From Lama guanicoe (taxonomy: Eukaryota), in the NCBI GenBank assembly GCA_013239625.1, contig MU053504.1, forward strand, positions 932,001 to 996,000: a DNA stretch of 64,000 nt, in the 5' to 3' direction. The notes below the pieces were generated by a model. The model ran no database searches and was not told where the DNA came from. It saw only the letters and a list, made by a program, of their open reading frames with translations. The number at the start of each line of letters is the position of its first letter. Within the stretch, counting starts at the first letter, position 1. Made by a program: the position numbers and the translations under genes. Shown one piece after another: positions 33,951 to 48,000 of this stretch.

Positions 33951-36900
33951 AGAGGGCAGGAAAGACCTGGGGAAGAAGGTGCCTGTTTTCCTAGTGGAGG
34001 AAAGCTCTCCAGTAGCAATGAGGCAGCAGAGGGAAAGCAGTGTTTTCTTCTCTCAGCCAAGAGGGCAGACAGATGCCAGCGGCTGAGTCAGTGAACCGAA
34101 ATTGGAGGGAACATCGTTCCCCAAAGGGCCAAACGTCCCCTTCTCTCCCGTGTGCCTCAGCTGGTGGCAGATCTTTCTGGCTCCAGCTGATAGTTGTCCG
34201 ACAATGGTTTGACGCCTGTCCCCCTGCTGAGTCGTCTCCCTGGGTCACCCCATTTAATCCTCGTGGACCCTGCAGGTGGGTGCTGTTATTCCCTGACTCA
34301 GTCGGAGGAAGAACCCGATCGCAGGGAGGCAGTGACTCAGCTAAGAGCACACAGCTCTCAAGAGGAAGAGAATCCAAGCTCGAGTGATTCTGCCCCCAAA
34401 GCCCATGCCGAGAACTTCTGCCTCACGGAGGCAAGCGGAGGCGGGAGAGCAGCAAGTGCGTAAATGCCAGCGTTCGCTGCGCGATGCCGGGACGGGTGTG
34501 CACGGTCCTTCGTAAGCTCTTAGGAGCCCTGGGAGGGGAACGCTGTAAGCTACACTCTGCAGATGAAGAAACTGAGGCCCAGAGAGGTGAAATGACCTCA
34601 CACAGCGGGTAAGGGGTGGAGCCAGGGCTTGCATCGAGGTCTCACTCCAGAGTGCAGTGTTACCTCTCCCGGACGCCCCTCTGTCAGTCCCAGCCACCTG
34701 GGAACAGGTCCCCAACCAGAATCCAGCCCGCACGTAGCAAGAAGAGACACCTGTTGACTAAGCCCCTGTTGTGTTTTGAATCTTGAACTATAGACTTCAT
34801 GTTCACGACCACACACGGGGCCCACATTGACCTCAGCCACAGTCGAACAAGAGGTTAGTGGTGGGAAATGTTTTTAACCAAGTGGAAAAGGGAAAAACCT
34901 TAAATCTCAAATCTCTGAGATCTCACAGCCACTGTGTATCAAATCCCTGCTAGGTGGTAGGTACTGCTCCCAAACCACCTCGCTGACCCCTCCCGACACC
35001 CCTGGGACGTAGATATCATTAACTCCACTTTGCAGATGGGGAACCTGAGTCAGGGCAGTGCAGTCCCTTGCCCGATGTTGCACAGCCAGTAAGTGGTAGA
35101 GCCAGTCTGTCTGCCTCAAAAGCCGGGGCTGTTTGCACTCACCAAGCTGCTTCTCAAAAGCCATCAGTTCTGAAATTCCTCAGCAGCAGCCTGGGCATCA
35201 GCAGGAGGACAGATCCACCGAGGGATCCCAGATACTAGATCTGAAAGGAGACCCTCAATCCGAGAGCCGCCTGCCACCACCCACGAGCTCCACGAGGCAC
35301 ATCGCTCCTAATGACAGCTCTTAATAAGAAGGGAGTTTCTTTTTTGCCAGAGGGGGAGATTAAATTGCTTTTTTTCTCAATCTATGAATCTTACAGTTTC
35401 TCCTAAATCCTATCGAACTGACAGGTTGCCACCTGTTCTGCATTCATTCCACAAAATGCTCTCAGTGTATCTGCCACAGGCCAGGTTCTCTGCTAAACAC
35501 TCAGCTGCATGGCCGAGAAGACCCAGTCCCTGCCTTCTGGGGATCACAGTCTGGTAGGGATGGTAGAAAGTAAACAGCTAATTTCAGTGCCATGTAGGAA
35601 AGTCGGAGATAGGGGTGACTGTGGAATCACAGAGGAGGGGTACCCAAGTCAGCCTGACTGATGATGGATGTCATCCTGCAGCTGGAGATGGAGGCTGGGT
35701 TTTAGAGACTGAGTAGGAATGTGTCATGGTGACCGGTCAGGGTTCAGTGCAGAAGAAGAAGACACCTCAGGCTTCTGTAAGCAAAAAGAGATTTAACATA
35801 GAGAACTGGGAAATTTTCAGGGTGTTGGCTGGGGTGGGCAGTGGGGCAGGCACTGCTGGAGGAGTAGACTGGGCCTCCAGGAATGACTCCCAGAGCACTG
35901 CATGACCACCGGCCACACAATCAGAAAGCAAGCCAACAGGACGCCATCCCTGCACGTGGGGACTTCAAGAGCTCAGCACCACACGATGATCCTGGAGTCT
36001 AGAAGCTGGGATGCTGCTGCAGAAAGCCCACACCCCCGTGACTGCTCTTGCTCGAAGAAGCAGCAGGAAGATGGCCTCCATTTCATTTCATCGTGTCAGC
36101 CTCACACAAGTCTAGGTAATTGTCAGGATGTAATTTGCACCCAGAACCCTAGCTGTAAGGGAATCTGGGGAAAATAGTTTTCATCTCTGCAGTCCAGAAA
36201 AGGTACATGATCAAAAAGCGGGAGGTCATGGGATTGGGTGCTGAGAGCCAATCAAACATATCCACTGCATGTGGGAAGAAAATAAAAGAGGTTTCCTCTT
36301 CCGCCCCTGCACTGAGCCCTTTTACCAGGTCAACACTCACCAGGTGGTGTGGAAGCTGCCCACAAAGTCCCCCACCCTGTGGCCCACACACAGCAGGGCA
36401 GTGATGAGGAAACTGAGGTCCAGAGAGGCAGAGCTACTGTCTTAAGGCTTCACAACCACTGAATGGCCAGCTGGACCTAGAACTTAGTTGTTCCCATTTT
36501 GTCACTCTGTCCTGCCTGCCACCTCAATGCCCTCTGCTTCACCTTCTGGGGCTCACCCTGCCCAGGCTGGGGCTTAGCTAGACTGGGGGTTGTGATGCAG
36601 GTGGAAAATGCTCAGTCTCTGGAGTCAGATGGGCTGTCTGTGGTTCTCCTAGCTGCATGGCCCTGGGCAAGTTTCTTGAGTCCAGTGGCCTCCTCTATGA
36701 AATGGACATAATGGTGGCACAGAATTGTGATGAGAACCCAGCTAATATACCTAAAAGGGCATAGAGTAAGTACTCTCTAAATGGAGCTAGTATTACTAGT
36801 TCTACAATACTATTATTCACTTTTGTACTGCTATTTTTATTATTAATAGTAGATCATCTACCTCAGTTCAAGATGAAAAATTTGAAAAATTTTATACTGG

Positions 36901-37824
36901 TTTAACCTGCATTTTTCTTCTCCTACATCATAGCAGCATCAAAAGATGCTCTTTAACTCCTTCCATCATCCTAGCCCACTTATACCTATCAGTTCCTAAT
37001 GAAACATCTAGATTCCTCCCCTCATAAAGGTCCTCAGAAATATATACCCAGAGACCCACAAGTACCCTCAGGCTCACGTACAGTGTCACACCAAACACAC
37101 ACTGATAAACACACACACACAGAGCAATCGCAGCAGCATGCATGCAAATAAACCCTCCGACAAACAGATCTCACACCCCCAGTTCTGTGGCACATCCAGG
37201 AATAGTGAAAGCTGCAGGAAGAGTAGCTGAGAAGCCCTGTTCTTGACTTTCCTTTGAATAACTGGTCAGCAACAGCTCACGGCTCTCCATAACTCTTTGT
37301 TGAATGCCCTTTATCAGTCTAATTCTGAGTCTTCAGCCTGGGTACCATCTCAGATAAAATAATAATTTTCCATTATAGCCTCTCCCTCTCTGAGTCATTC
37401 TTACAAGTCCCTGGAATAATGGCACTTAAGGAAGGAGCTTTCTGAACACCCCAAATCCCTACAGAAAAGTTCAGCTTCTTTGGTGAAGCATTTACGTGCT
37501 AGGAAGGGTGCGTGGAGCGGCATAGTTTCCACATTTGAGAAAAGTAAGTGGGAGGGGCTATCAGACAACTGTGCAGTGCAGATCGTCATTTAAATAAAAT
37601 CCCCACGGGGCTGCTTGGCAGCATTAAATCACTCTGTGCCTCTATGGAGGTGTCTCAGAACAGCTTCTCTCCTTTCTTCTGCTGCACCATCGAGAAAGGC
37701 AGCGTGGAGCAGTGGGAACATCCTGGAGTTTGATCCTGAGCTCGTGTCTGATCATCATTTCCAGACTATATATAACTGGGCGAGTAGCATGCCTCTCTGA
37801 GTAACGGCTGCTTTATCAACAGAG

Positions 37825-38060
37825 AACAATGATTAAGAGCAAAGCCTCTAGAGTCAGAGTGCCTGGTTCTGCCCCTGACTAGCTGTGTATCTTTGGCAAA
37901 TTACTTAATATCTCTGGCCTCTAATTTCCTCATCTTTGAAATAGGAATAATAATGACACTTATCTCATAGGGTGGTTGCAAATATAAATTAATATATATA
38001 TATAATGCTTAGGAAAATGCCTACTACACACTCAGTGTTCAACAAGTGCCAGCTATTCTC
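37825..38060 (+). mobile_element. MIR SINE (one example of many MIR/L2 fragments in the window)
   Basis: TTAAGAGCA...CTAGCTGTGT..TTGGCAAATTACTTAA..TTTCCTCATCT..AAATAGGAATAATAAT. Confidence 0.75.
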
Positions 38061-40139
38061 ATCACTACTACCTTCCAACATAGTTGGGGGGAGTAGGAGA
38101 GATTAAGAATGAGATTGTGCCATGGAAGAAGCAGAGATGTCGGGTGCTACCGTAATCAAAGTTAGCTTCGCAGGGAATTGCTTTAAAAAAAAAAGCCAAA
38201 CATGAAATCCATGTTTGAGATCCAAGGAAAAATCAGTACTGCAAATGGCTTTGGGGTCAGACAGATTTGGAATTGAGTCCTATTTCTTCTCTTAAGCACT
38301 CTGTGACCCTAGATAAGTCGCTTAAACTTTCCAAGCTTCAGTTTCTAATTTGTCAAATAAATAAACATTATTCTGACAAAATCTCAAAGATGCTGATGAT
38401 ACTATGGCAACAAAGCCAGGTGTATAAAATTTCTTTGCAACCTAGGACCAGTGAAGAAGGGGCTCTTGTTTGGCAGGATTTTGTTCGGGGACTTGGGAGT
38501 CTCCTTATGGGGATGATAAGGAAACTCCAACCACCTCACAGAGTTGACTTGAAGACTGAGTGAAATTCTTAGCAAAGATGCCTGGAATACATGTCCCTTT
38601 CCCCATGCTGTCTGGCAGGAAGTAGCCCGCATTGCTTTACTCTGTTTACTGAGCCTCAGTGTTGGGGGTGATTCTAAAACACTTGTTTCTGAGGTGTAGC
38701 CTACTCTAGTCCAGTCTTGTTCTTGTCTCTCAAGAGGCTCTACTGGAGAGCAGATAGGAATCAGAGGGAAGTGGCTTTGCCAGGCCTTCTGCTCTCTGGA
38801 GCTTCTCACTTGCCTTTAGACAGTCTGGTTCCACCCAGGGACTCATTTCCTCTTCTCCTCAGCTCCCAGACCAAAGACTTATATTAAACAATGATCTTTG
38901 GGTAAGCAGTAGGTACCCAGAAAATGTTGGCTGAATAAATATTACATCGCTAACTACCACTAGCCTCCATTAATTAGATCTTTAGACATGGTGAGATCTG
39001 TAAAGACGAGGAGTCTAATTATCCTAGTGTCCCTGGTGGCATCCAGAGTATTGTGGTTTATCCATGGCATGTGCAGTAGTAAATGTCATTTTGTAAGTGT
39101 TTCTTCTGTTGTGAGCATCTTGCTTTGTCCTCCTCAAGACACAGATCTGGTCTCTGTGTGTTTATCCAACCTTTTCTAATGTCCTCTTTGATAAATCTGC
39201 TTCATCTGAACTGGCCTCTTTGCTGTTCCTTGGACATCCATCTTGTTCCCACCTCCCTTTTGCTCTTTTTGTGTCTGCTGCCTAGCACACTGCCCTTCCC
39301 CAATATTTATATGTCTTATTATCTCAATTAGTTCACATCTATACTCAAATGGCACCTCCTCAAAGAGGTCTCCCATGGTCATCTTACCTAAAAGAGCATT
39401 CCCTGTCATTATCTATCCTCTTGCCTGAAACTATACTACACATTCATTTGTATATTTGTTTATTTCATGTCTTGCCTACTGGAATGTAAGTTCTGGGAAG
39501 CCAGAGATCTTATCTTTCTTGTGCCTGATTGTATCTGGAACTCCTACAACAGTGCCATTCTATAAATATTTATAGAATGAATGAATTAGTGAACAAACAT
39601 ATTGTCACATGAAATACTGGTCAAAATGAATTCTTGCCAGTGTAACACTCACCCAACTCCAGACTGTCAATCTCAGGCCCTACCTCTCTCTGGTTTCCCC
39701 ATACCCAGTTCTGACTCAGATCTGGCCACATTCTTAGGGGACAGACATGGATGAGATCAACCAGGGGAGGCATCTATGACTGATGCCTTTTCCTCACTCA
39801 GGAAGAAGCTGGAAAAAGGGTCCACCAATTTTCAACAATATTTTCAAATAGGGCTTTACTGGGCTATGGGCTCCTAGTACCTTCCCTATTGTAGAGATTA
39901 TCACCCTGGTTATTAAGAACACCTATCTCTGCAGTGTTTCCAGCTAGCAAGAAATGCCAAGTGGGGACAGCTGGGGAAAAAAAAAACCAGCTTTGAATTC
40001 TAAGATACGGCAAAATGAAGCTGTCACTATTAGCCAGTGAAAAGCTGGCTCATTCTTCCCTTCTCTACTCACTTCCCCTGGGCTCCATTTTCTGCCTCAG
40101 CACCTGCGCTGCCTCATGCCGAGAAGCAGGAATTTGCTT

Positions 40140-40160
40140 TTCAGCACCACGGACAGCAAT
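40140..40160 (+). promoter_or_regulatory. RE1/NRSE (REST) site ~12 kb upstream of the PDYN TSS
   Basis: TTCAGCACCACGGACAGCAAT. The first 18 nt are identical to the RE1 consensus. Confidence 0.9.
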
Positions 40161-41027
40161 CTGCTGGCAGCCGGGAAGGCAGAGGAAGCCAGAACTTGGG
40201 GCATCTGTGGAGCCAAACAAATATTTACCAACCACATCCTGGGGCCAGGCACACTGGAGAATATAAAGATTTATGTGGTCTTGACCTTCAAATCACTTAA
40301 ACTTTTCAAGTCATCAACATTCCTAGACTGATACAGCTGGGCCAATGCTCCAAACTTCTTGATATTTGAAAAGTGGGGAGAATCAAAGGGAAAATGTTTT
40401 CCAACAGTTGTTGAATTTCTGCTGTGTGTTTGCCATCTAATATGTCATCTAATTTTCTCACTAGATTACCACCCTCAAAGAGAACAGGTACTGCCATGTC
40501 CTATGCACTGTTATATTCCAAGTACCCAGCACGGTGCCTGGCACATGGCAGATACTCATTAGTTTTTGAATGGCTGTGTGAAGAAATTCTTACAAAATTC
40601 TATTTTACTCCTTGTCTTGTTACCCTTATTTCGCAGATGAGAAATATGAGGCTCAGAGAACTACGTTCACATGACAGCTATTAAGTGGTAGAGCTTGGAT
40701 TCAAAACCAGGACCTCCAGATTTCACACTATGCTGCCAATCAGAGGCACTTACTTTGTGCTGGCACTCTTGGGTCCTAGAGAAAAGTTCTAGCCACAGAG
40801 AGACTAGTTCTCAACTTAAAATAGACTTTCAGTAAATCACAACCTTGTGTAAATCACACTTTTTTTTCTGGCTTCAGTTTCCCCACGTGTAAAATGAGGA
40901 AAAGTGGTTGGTACGGCTAAAGGCTCCCCTCTCCCCACACCTGGCTTGTAAGCCACCCTGCCCCCCAACTGCCACTGTCCCCTGCTCCCCCTAAACTTGA
41001 TTAGGCATCTGTCACAGTTGGGAAAGG

Positions 41028-41046
41028 ACACCAGCAGGGGGCATTA
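41028..41046 (+). promoter_or_regulatory. CTCF motif
   Basis: ACACCAGCAGGGGGCATTA, core CCAGCAGGGGGCA. Confidence 0.65.
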
Positions 41047-44000
41047 TGAAATGAATATGAAACATTTCTCCCCCTGCCTCAGCAGGACATCAAATGACAA
41101 GTACTAAATTGATATCCCAACAGACTTCAGGCTCCTTTTTCATCTTCCTGCTATAACCAGAGCTTGTGCGCAAGCAGTGCAGGCTCTCTTCTTTTTAGAG
41201 TGCAACAAATGAACTTCAACCCCTCTTGAGAAGTGAGTAAAGAGGCAGCCCCAGGACACAGAGACAGTGGAATGAGGCTGCGGTGACTTATCACCCAGGA
41301 ACCCACTGGTTGAGTAACTTTGGACAAAGCCCCAAGCAAAGATAACTGTTTAAATGGCTGCAGCAGCGGAAAAATCAGTTTAGTTGATTGATGTCCTGGG
41401 TTTCTAGTTAGTGGGTGGCTTCCAACCATGGCTCTGCCTCAGCTCCCAGAATTACTCCAATAAGTGATCTGCTCATCCCTAACTCTTCCCGGGAGGCAGG
41501 GAGGGGGCTGAATCAGCTCTCCAAGCCTGATTGGGATTTAATGGGGGCCAGTGGGTATTTGTGCACTGGGCTGTGTGGCAAAGGAGGAGCAGATCTGTCA
41601 GGCTTGGCAGAAGTATCTGGCTCCTGCCTGGGGGTGTGGAAGAGAAAATAAAATCAGGAAAGAACTGATTGCAGAGTGAATGTCTTTCAATAATTTGAAA
41701 AGAATGTGAATCAAATGTTTCATAAAGCCTGTTTTTCTAACCACAACTTAGTCATCGAACTCTAGATTGGCCAAGGAGGGTCTCCAGATTGAGGAACAGT
41801 GATGGGAGGCTTCGGAGGTTTTGTCAAGGGCTCTAACTCAGTAGGAGGCATCTAGGATAACTGGAAGAGACACACTCTTCAATTAGCCAGACCTGGGTGC
41901 AGATATTGGCTCCACCATTGACTACCTATGGGACCTGGATCAAGTTGCTTAATCTATCTGAAACTCAATTTCTTCATCTGTAAAACAGAATGATAGTAAC
42001 AATACTCATTCTTCCAGCTATCTGCTTCTGCATTAAAAAAAAAACACATGTTAACACTTTATATAACACAGAAAACAACCATTTAATTAAGCTCACAGAT
42101 TCTTAGATCAGGAATTCAGACAGAACATAAAAGGTATGGCTTATTTCTGCTGCATGAAATCTGGGGCCTCAAATGGGAAAATCTAAATGGCTGGAGGTTG
42201 GAATAACCTGGAAGTTATTATTCACTCACATAGTTCTGGCTGGGATGACTCAAGGCTGGGATTTTCTAGAACAGTGACTGGATTATTCACTTGAGGAAGG
42301 TAGACTTTTGAGGATTGGCCTCTTGGAGAGGTGTTCTTGGTCTCCATCTCAGGTCTTATATTCAGCACCTCCTGAGACAGCAGAGGAGAATTTAAGGAAT
42401 GTCCAGATAGATTCTATAAGGTACAGGAAGAATGTATCCATGTAAACTCATCTGAGCTTCTTTTCAGCCAAGTGGTGACAACACCACCATAAGCATTTAA
42501 CAAGTAACTGAACCATAGAATTGTATACACTTATACACTGTATGCTAGGCACTGTGCCAGGCAATAAAAATATAGGGATAAGAGGGCAGACATGGTCCCT
42601 GTTCTCATGAACTTTAAAGTCAAACAGGGGAGAAATACTTCAAAACACATAATTAGAGAAGTGTAAAATTTCTGTAATAGAGTAGTCCCAAGGGCCCATG
42701 AGAGAACAGGGAAGGTGCCAACCCTGTCTGTGTTAGGGATAGTTAGGGATAGCTTTCTTGAGGAGATGATATCCAAACAAAGAATTCATAGGTCTTATTG
42801 AAGGGAAGAAGGAGGTGATGAAAAACAGTTCCAAGGATGGGGATAGCATGTAGTGAAAAGGACTAAAAGAAAAAAGTAGTGTGGCTTCTTCAAGAGGTGA
42901 AAGAATGTGAGAGAGGAAGGCACAAGATGAGATTAAAGAGCAGGCAGAAGCCCCAGGATTAAGGACAAAAGCTAAGCCATGTCAGGGAACCTGCACTTTA
43001 TCCTGAGAGCAATGGAAAGTCATGAAGGGTGTTGAGCATGGGCCTGATAAGGCTTCAACGTAGAGAGCAGATTATATGGAAAGACGCTGGAAGTAGGAAA
43101 CCAGTTGGGAGACTGGTTATTGTCCAGGTAGGACGTAATGGTGGCCTCTTTGATGCAATGGTAGAATAAGAGCAGCTGACAATTCCCAGGGCTTCCTGGG
43201 AGGAATAATGGTGATTCATAAGAAAAGGGGAGTGGAAGAGACAAGAGTCAAGAAGACCTCCAAGGTTCTGTCCTGAGTACCTGGATGTAAGGGGAGTCAG
43301 AATCTCAAGAGTAAAAGCATGTTAGTAAAGAGAGATAATGAGTTCAACTTTCGGTCTCTTGAGTTTGTGGTGCTTGTGATCATGCACATGGAAACGTTAT
43401 GCCGGTCTTGGAATACCCTGGTCCTGAAATCCTGTAAGGATTTGGCTTTATTTGGAGAGTGGATGGAGTCATGAGGAGAGAGTTCTATCTCAGGCAAAAG
43501 CTTCCTAAAAACTCAAAATCTGGCTTATTACTTTGAGTTCCCCAAATACAACCAGCTTTTCCAGGGATCAGCTCAGGGTGCATACAATTTCCTACCATGT
43601 GTCTGCTCTGTGGTGTAAAGAGAACATGAGGTAAGAACTCAGAAATCAAGGGTTCTCATTAGACATGGGAAATAATGAGTTCTTTCTCAGTAGTTGTATT
43701 TAAGCACAGGCTTCAGAGAGATGTTGTATCAGAGATTTAAGCATTGGATAAGTAATCAGATCATGTGATCTTTAAGAACTCTTAAAGCTCTAATCTCTAA
43801 GGACCCTTAAAGCTGTGATCTCTACTTATTGTATCTGCTATTTAAAAAAAAATCTAAGCCTCAATTTCCTTATCTTCAGAAAAGGGTATAAAGTGATGAT
43901 TTCAGAGAATCCTTCTAGCTTGGTAACTACAACTGTTTTGTCAACAGCCTCCTTGTTGATAGATCCAAAGGGCCCTTCTCAGTCCTTATCTTGACTGATC

Positions 44001-44219
44001 CCCACCCCTGTAAGTATTGTATGCCGCTAATTACTCTCTGTTCCTTGACTCACTCACTTTCTGGAGTTTCCAAGACAAAGAACTCTCCTCTGTCTCTCTG
44101 AGCACTCCTCTTGTGTTCTTTCATGGGCTCCTTTTCCTTAAACGGGGCTCCCTCTTTTTCATCTCTCTCTTGACACACTCTCATTCACCACCATAGCTTC
44201 CATACCCACTAGATGCTTA

Positions 44220-44745
44220 TGTATCAGTCAGTCACTGGAAAGGTATGGAAAGCCTGATCAAACTTAATTTAGGAAATAAAGAGAGTACTGGCTCACATGA
44301 CTGAAAAGTCCAGAGACTGAACCTAGATTAACTGGGGGCTCAGACAATTTCCCCTGAACACATTCATTCCTGGCATCCCTCAGTTCTGCTTTCTCTCTTG
44401 CTGATGTATTTCCAGACAGCTCTTTCTTCAAGGAAGCAAGAAGGCAGCAGCATCTTTAGATCTTATTTCCTACTGGATTAACTCCAATTAGAAACAAAGT
44501 GTGTCTCCCCAAGATGATGGGACAGAAATATTGGACCTCCTTGTCATTGGCCAAATTCAGTTACAAATCTAACCCTGAATGAATCCTTGTGGTCAGGAGG
44601 AATAGGAGAATAGTTAGTTGCATTTACTCAAGGTCCACTTGTAAAGTTGAAAGTCGGTTAGTCCGTCTCATGTGGTCAAGAGTTGGGGATGGCTTGCCAG
44701 AGGCAAACAAATGTTGAGTGGCAAAAACAATAGATGCCAACCACA
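44220..44745 (-). mobile_element. MaLR (MLT1-like) LTR
   Basis: TGTATCAGTCAG start, TTGGCTCA-like and TCATTGGCC motifs, CAACCACA end. Confidence 0.5.
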
Positions 44746-45039
44746 ACTGAAGACTTCCAAATCTATCCTTAAGCCCAGGATTCTTCTCTTAACTTCAGAC
44801 CCATGTGACAAATTGCCTTCTCACATCTCCATATGAATGTTTCACAAGTATCCCAAACTCTACATGTTCCAAACAAAACTCAGTTCCCCAAGATCTGCTG
44901 CTCTATTTAAATTCACTCTGGCAGTGAATGAAATCACCTTATGCTCAGTTACCTGATCCAGAAACTTCAGTGTTATACTTAACTCCTTCCTTTTCCACAG
45001 TCCCACATTGAATCAACCACCACATCATCTTGATTCTAG

Positions 45040-48000
45040 CAAACTGTTAAAAGTAAAGTACACATGTATATTGTAATCCCTAGAACAACCACTAAAAACT
45101 CCATACAAAGAGATATAGTAAAATAAAACTGGAAAAAATGTAAATGGAATACAAAAAAAAATTTCAAACTTTAAAAGAAGTCAGTTCAAAATGAAAACAG
45201 AACAAAGAAAAATGGAAGTCAAAAACAGAAAAGAATTTTAAAATAGGAGAACTAAATTTAAATTTATTAATAATTACATTAAACAAAAATAATCTGAACA
45301 CACCAGTTAAAAGGCAGAGGTTGTCAGATTTGGATTAAAAAAACACTAAACTATACGCTGTCTACAAGAATCTGATTTTAAATTAATGACATAGGTAGGT
45401 TAAAAGTAAAAGGATGAAAAATTATATACCTTGCAAATACCAATGAAAAGAAAACTGGAGTAGATTTATTAATACTAGACAAAGTATGCATCAGAGAAAA
45501 GAAAATTACCAGAGATAAAGAGGGGAACTAAAAAATGATAAAAGAGTCAATTCACAAAAAAGATATAACATTCTAAATATGTATGCATCTGGCAACAGAG
45601 CTTCAAAATACCCTGAGTAAAAACTGCTAGAAGTGGAAGGAGAAATGAACAAATCCATATAACATTTGGATATGTGAACACTAGCCTTTCCATGACGGAC
45701 AGAACAAGTAAGAGAATCAACAAGGACAGAGAAGAACTGAACACACCACCAAGGAACTAGATTGAATTGACATTTGTAGAATATTCCATCCAAGAACAGC
45801 AGAATGCACATTCTTTTCATATGTTCAAGGAACAGTCACCAAAATAGACCGTATTCTGCATCATGAAATAAACCCTAACAAATTTAAAGAACTGAAATCA
45901 CCCAAACAATATCTCTGAGTATACTGGGCCTAAATTAGAAATTAATAACAAAAAGTTGTCTGGAAAATCCCCCAAATACTTAGATAAAACGTGTTTGAAC
46001 TTGCAAACAATCCATGGGTCAAAGAGGAAGTCTCAAGAGAAATTAGAATATTTTGAAATGAAGGAAAGTGAAAATACATCACAAAATTTGTGGGAATATA
46101 GCTAAAGCGGTGTTCAGGGGGAAACTGCCTATCATTAAACATATGTATGTGAAAAAAAGAAAGGTGTCAAATCAGCACTCTAAGATTCTACCTTAAGAAA
46201 CTAGGGAAAAATATGTGTAGTTTACTGTACAGGAACCATATCACAATAAAGAAGAAAGAAAAGAAGGAAGGAAGGAAGGTAGGAAGGAAGGAAGGAAGGA
46301 AGGAAGGAAGGAAGGAAGGAAGGAAGAAAGAAAGGGAAATTAGAGGGGAAATGGGCAAAATAAACCCAAAGCAATCAGAGGGAAGGAAATAATAAAGATG
46401 AATATAAAAATAAAGAATAATAAAAATAAAGCTAGATATATAATAATAAAGGCCAAAAATCAATTAAATTTAAAACAAAATCAATCAAACCAAAAGTTGC
46501 TTCTACAAAATTATCAATCAAATTGTTAAACCTCTAGCCAGACTAACAAAAAATAAAAGAAGAGACAAATTAACAATGCCCAGAGTGAAACAGAGAATAT
46601 CACTACAGACCCCACAGACATAAATGGATAATAAGAAAACACTTTGAACAACTCTATACATTTAAATTCAACAACTTAGTTGAAATGGACCAATTTCTTG
46701 AAAGCCACAAACTACCAAAACTCACCCAAGAAGAAATAGATGACTAATATTCTTACGTCTAAGATATCAAACAAGTAGTTAAAAACTTTCTGAACAGTAT
46801 GACTCCAGGCTCATATGGTTTCAACAAAATATTAGCAAATTACATACATGCATCTATATATAATATATGTACACACACATGAACACATACACGTAATATA
46901 TCTCCACAAAGTGAGGTTTATCTTGGGAGAGCAATGCTGGTTTAACATTTGAAAATCAATGAAATACACCATATTAATATAGTAAAGAAGAAAGCCACAT
47001 GATCATATTTATTAATGCAGAAAAAGCACTTAAATTATACCAAACATCCATTCGTGATTTTTTTAAATGCTCTTAGCAAACTAAGATTATAAGCAGACTT
47101 CTTTATCTGATAAAAGGCATCTACAAAAAACCTACAGCTAACATCAGACTTAATGGTGAAAGATTAAATGCTTTCCCTAAGACTGAGAAAAAGGCATGAA
47201 GGTCCACTCTTGCTACTCCTATTCAACATTGTACTGTAAGTCCTAACCATTTCAAAAAGGCAAGTAACAAGAAATAAAAGGCATATAGATTGGAAAGGAA
47301 GAAATAAAACTGTCACTATTCATGGACAATGTGATTATCTATACAGAAAATTCCAAAGACTCTACAAAAAGAAAAAGCTTCTAGAATGAATAGGTGACTT
47401 TGTCAAGGTCACAAAATATAAGGTCAACGTGTAGGTTATTTTTTTAAAATATTATTATTACTCATATTTCTATATGCTATTAATAAACACCTAGAAAGAA
47501 GTTTTTTAAATAGTACCATTTACAATAAGTCCATAAAAAGTAAAATATTTAGGTATAAGTCTAACAAAACAGGTAGGGGATCTGTATGATGAAAATTCCA
47601 AAACACTGATAAAAGAAGACTTAAATAAATGGAAAGACATGCCATGCTCACTGATTAAAAGACAACATAGTTAAGGTATCAGTTATCCCCAGACTAATTG
47701 CAGCAGGAGTTTTTTCTGTAGATACAGACAAGATGATTCTAAAATTTATATGAGTCCCCAAAAGAACTAAAATAGCCAAAACAATTTGGATGAAGAAAAC
47801 AATGTTGGAGGGCTCACACTACCCAATTTTAACATTTATTACAAAGCTACAGCAACAAAGACATTGCAGTTTTAACAAAAGCACAGACATATAGATCAAT
47901 AGAACAGCGCAGAGAGCACAGAAAAGGGACCCACATCAATATGGTCAGTTGCTTTTCAGCAAAGTTGCAAAAGCAATTCAATGGAGGAAAAATAGTCTTT

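Noticed and set aside
42361..42383. RE1 left half TTCAGCACC followed by AGACAGC
   Set aside because: Non-canonical spacer and imperfect right half; too weak without binding data.
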